In this document: positions 33,712 to 35,634 of the stretch, piece by piece | How the letters are laid out: every line of letters begins with the position of its first letter | Position numbering within the stretch: the stretch's first letter is position 1 | Assembly: GCA_903839895.1 (NCBI GenBank) | Contig: CAIMDW010000027.1 | Coordinates: 1-35,634, forward strand | Origin: Candidatus Staskawiczbacteria bacterium | GTDB taxonomy: Bacteria > Patescibacteriota > Minisyncoccia > Minisyncoccales > Staskawiczbacteraceae | Length of the DNA stretch: 35,634 nt | Reading direction: 5' to 3' | The notes under the pieces: model-generated | Seen by the model: the letters and a program-made list of their open reading frames with translations, nothing else | What the model was told of the DNA's origin: nothing | Databases searched by the model: none | Program-made: the position numbers and the translations under genes

Positions 33712-34547
33712 TAGTCTTTGTTTTTAAAGTTTGTGATTACAAACAAATTGTCGATTTTGACATCCAAAAACAAATTTACTTCGGCCCGCTGGAACTGCGT
33801 TTGGTCGTTTTGGCTTTTGCTTGTTATTTGCCCGATAAGCAAATCTTTCGGAAAAGATTTATCTATGGCGGAAGTCACCAAAATATCTTGCGAGTTTATT
33901 GCGCTGGCCGCCGGCACCATATCTAAAAATGCGCCCAATCCCCCTTTGCCTTTCAGCATGCCTGAAACTTCGGGAAGAGTTGCATCGGAATTTTGGACTT
34001 TTATAATTACATTGCTTGATTTGCTGGTAATCATCATTACATCGGAAAAATTTTTGTAAACTTTTATGACTTTCCCATACAAAACATTTTGCCCCGATAT
34101 TACCGGCATACCCGCCGCCACTCCGTCGGCCGAGCCTTTATTTAATGACAAAATATCGTTGTCGAGCCCCGTAACGCCTGCCATGACAAATTTATACCCT
34201 GTATTTTGGCAAGTGGCTGAAATGTCGCTTTGCGCCTGGTTTCCTTGCTGAATCGACTGCAAAGCCGCAATTTGCGACAAAAGCATTTGGTTCTTATTTT
34301 TCAAATCCTGGTTTTCCTTGGCAAAATTTCCGGCATTTAAAAAAGATCCCAAAAAATTAGACGAGGAAATTCCTGCTGCCATAAAAGTTTTCTGGATAGG
34401 ATAGGAAACTGCATAAATGTAATTTTTGACCGGTGAAACAAAAATATTCAGCAAAAAAACTAAAAACAAAAAAACAGCCGCGCCAATTAAAATTTTCGGC
34501 AGGCTATTATTTTTTTTATTAACAGAAAAATTTTTAAGCGCTGGCAT
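33711..34547 (-). CDS. mreC: rod shape-determining protein MreC
   Basis: N-terminal TM, coiled coil ENQDLKNKNQMLLSQIAALQ, then beta-rich domains (GMPVISGQNVLYGKVIKV..., LVTSAIDKSFPKDLLIGQI) typical of MreC. Confidence 0.85.
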   Translation of the reverse strand: MPALKNFSVNKKNNSLPKILIGAAVFLFLVFLLNIFVSPVKNYIYAVSYPIQKTFMAAGISSSNFLGSFLNAGNFAKENQDLKNKNQMLLSQIAALQSIQQGNQAQSDISATCQNTGYKFVMAGVTGLDNDILSLNKGSADGVAAGMPVISGQNVLYGKVIKVYKNFSDVMMITSKSSNVIIKVQNSDATLPEVSGMLKGKGGLGAFLDMVPAASAINSQDILVTSAIDKSFPKDLLIGQITSKSQNDQTQFQRAEVNLFLDVKIDNLFVITNFKNKD

Positions 34548-34571
34548 ATTTGAACAAATTTCTTTACCGTC

Positions 34572-34600
34572 ATTTTACCTTGCTCAAAAAATAATTGCAA
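34572..34600 (-). promoter_or_regulatory. candidate mreC operon promoter, TTGCAA-17 nt-TAAAAT
   Basis: On the minus strand, TTGCAA (34600..34595), a 17-nt spacer, then TAAAAT (34577..34572), about 24 nt upstream of the mreC ATG. No SD. Confidence 0.5.
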
Positions 34601-34619
34601 CACTTTTTCTCCACCGCGC

Positions 34620-34648
34620 AAAAAAAAGCCGCCATTTAAAATGGAGGC
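34620..34648 (-). terminator. rho-independent terminator immediately after the orphan gene 34649..34972
   Basis: Minus strand reads GCCTCCAT-tttaa-ATGGCGGC (7 of 8 pairs) followed by TTTTTTTT. Confidence 0.7.
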
Positions 34649-34972
34649 CTAATCGAGAAAATTTTGCGCAAAGGCTTCGGTCATTTCAATCAAGACAAAT
34701 TGTGTGCCGTGGCCGAAATCGCCCATAATTCTTGATGCTGATGCTTCAGAATGTCCTCCCAAAAGTGCCGCCGTCATTCTGGAAAAATCCCGGAGAAGTA
34801 TAATATTGTGTCTTAGATAATCCGGAACAAATTTTCCCAATGGATGACCTTGCTGGTCACGATATTCGCAATCGAGCACAGGTTCGTCGCCCTCGGGCAA
34901 TACGCTCAAAAGCTGGTCGAGACCCTGCTGAAGCCGCACCCGAAGCTGGTTGTACGACATTTTCTCAGCCAT
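34649..34972 (-). CDS. hypothetical protein (107 aa), monocistronic, family not recognised
   Basis: ATG preceded by AGGAAAGGA with an 8-nt spacer. Has its own promoter-like hexamers and terminator. GC-richer than the flanking mreC. Confidence 0.55.
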   Translation of the reverse strand: MAEKMSYNQLRVRLQQGLDQLLSVLPEGDEPVLDCEYRDQQGHPLGKFVPDYLRHNIILLRDFSRMTAALLGGHSEASASRIMGDFGHGTQFVLIEMTEAFAQNFLD

Positions 34973-35018
34973 ATTTCTTATCCTTTCCTAAAAATTTTGT
35001 AAAGTTACTACAATCAAT

Positions 35019-35046
35019 ATACTAACACAGAAATAATAATTTACAA
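35019..35046 (-). promoter_or_regulatory. candidate promoter of the orphan gene, TTGTAA-16 nt-TAGTAT
   Basis: On the minus strand, TTGTAA (35046..35041), a 16-nt spacer, then TAGTAT (35024..35019). Confidence 0.35.
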
Positions 35047-35047
35047 C

Positions 35048-35076
35048 AAAAAAACGGCTCGTTAAAGCCGTTTTTT
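35048..35076 (-). terminator. rho-independent terminator at the end of the rRNA operon, structurally bidirectional
   Basis: Minus strand reads ACGGCT-ttaacg-AGCCGT followed by TTTTTTTG. Lies about 100 nt downstream of the 5S 3' end. Confidence 0.7.
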
Positions 35077-35180
35077 CGCCTAATTGCCCTTGCGGACCTA
35101 AAAAATTTTCAGTCCATGAGTTTTCGAGCAAGAATTTGCCTGCGCAAAGCAAGTTTTTGCCAACAAAAAAATCATGAACA

Positions 35181-35293
35181 CTGTAGGAGAACTACCTACT
35201 CTCGCGCAAAGCACTACCATCGGCCTTGGAAGATTTCACTTCTGAGTTCGAAATGGGATCAGGTGGAGCACTTCCAGTATAGTTCTCTTACAC
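35181..35293 (-). rRNA. rrf: 5S ribosomal RNA
   Basis: The reverse complement contains CCACCTGATCCCATTTCGAACTCAGAAGTGAAA and GCGAGAGTAGGTAGTTCTCCTACAG. These align with E. coli 5S (CCCACCUGACCCCAUGCCGAACUCAGAAGUGAAA...GCGAGAGUAGGGAACUGCCAGGCAU). Helix I closes between about 35292 and 35182; ends are good to a few nt. Confidence 0.85.
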
Positions 35294-35399
35294 TATTCAC
35301 GATTTTTTTCAAAGCTTGCTTCTAAAATACCTAAAATCTATATCTATTAGTTAACTTACGAATGATGATGAATCCGATACGCTCAAATTCTGAGTATAT

Positions 35400-35634
35400 C
35401 GAAGGATAAACGATTTATTAGTACTCCCGGGCTGAACACATTACTGTGCTTACACCTAGAGCCTATCAACCCCGTGATCTGCGGGGAATCTATGAGTTCT
35501 CATCTTGGAGTTAGTTTCGCGCTTATATGCTTTCAGCGCTTATCTATTCCCGACTTAGCTACCCAACGATGCTCCTGGCGGAACAATTGGTACACCAGAG
35601 GTCAGTTCATTCCGGTCCTCTCGTACTAGGAACA
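35400..35634 (-). rRNA. rrl: 23S ribosomal RNA, 3'-terminal part, truncated by the window edge
   Basis: The reverse complement begins TGTTCCTAGTACGAGAGGACCGGAATGAAC (sarcin-ricin loop) and continues ...GATAAGCGCTGAAAGCATATAAGCGCGAAAC...GGTTGATAGGCTCTAGGTGTAAGCACAG...AGTACTAATAAATCG, colinear with the E. coli 23S 3' end. The 3' boundary is approximate, within about 10 nt. Confidence 0.9.

Noticed and set aside
35116-35325. 69-aa plus-strand ORF from the six-frame track
   Set aside because: It lies antisense across the 5S rRNA gene (35181..35293), has no start signals, and is a chance open frame.
1-35634. Mobile elements, prophage, integrases, restriction-modification or known defence genes
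   Set aside because: I found no transposase, integrase, recombinase, terminal inverted repeats or recognisable defence-protein motifs in any of the six frames. The GC-rich islands have no flanking direct repeats that I could see.

Overview
AT-rich, gene-dense bacterial chromosome segment. About 34 real CDS, nearly all on the minus strand in tightly packed operons, plus tRNA-Gln(UUG), a 5S rRNA and the 3' end of a 23S rRNA. Content is mainly housekeeping: replication and repair (dnaX, dnaB, recR, DnaQ-like exonuclease), translation (cysS, serS, lysS, engB, a pseudouridine synthase) and cell envelope (mreC-mreD-PBP2, murF-DegT-FemAB-ftsQ, LtaS-like, CapA-like, GtrA-like, CDP-alcohol phosphatidyltransferase). 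There is also a surface module: CAP-domain protein, sortase, and a 1082-aa Cys-rich repeat protein. Short dnaX, missing Shine-Dalgarno (SD) sequences on core genes, the giant Cys-rich surface protein and a fragmentary purine pathway suggest a reduced-genome Patescibacteria/CPR-like organism; this is inference, since no 16S is in the window. I found no CRISPR array, transposase, integrase or reverse transcriptase. The most notable signal is a second class of genes: eight locally GC-rich genes, each with a strong SD and usually its own promoter and terminator, scattered singly or in pairs through the SD-less core. Five of them I cannot assign to any family, including an overlapping two-gene operon between cysS and dnaB. 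Two others form a split AICAR formyltransferase-only PurH plus archaeal-type PurO pair. All calls come from reading the sequence and from remembered family motifs; no searches were run.
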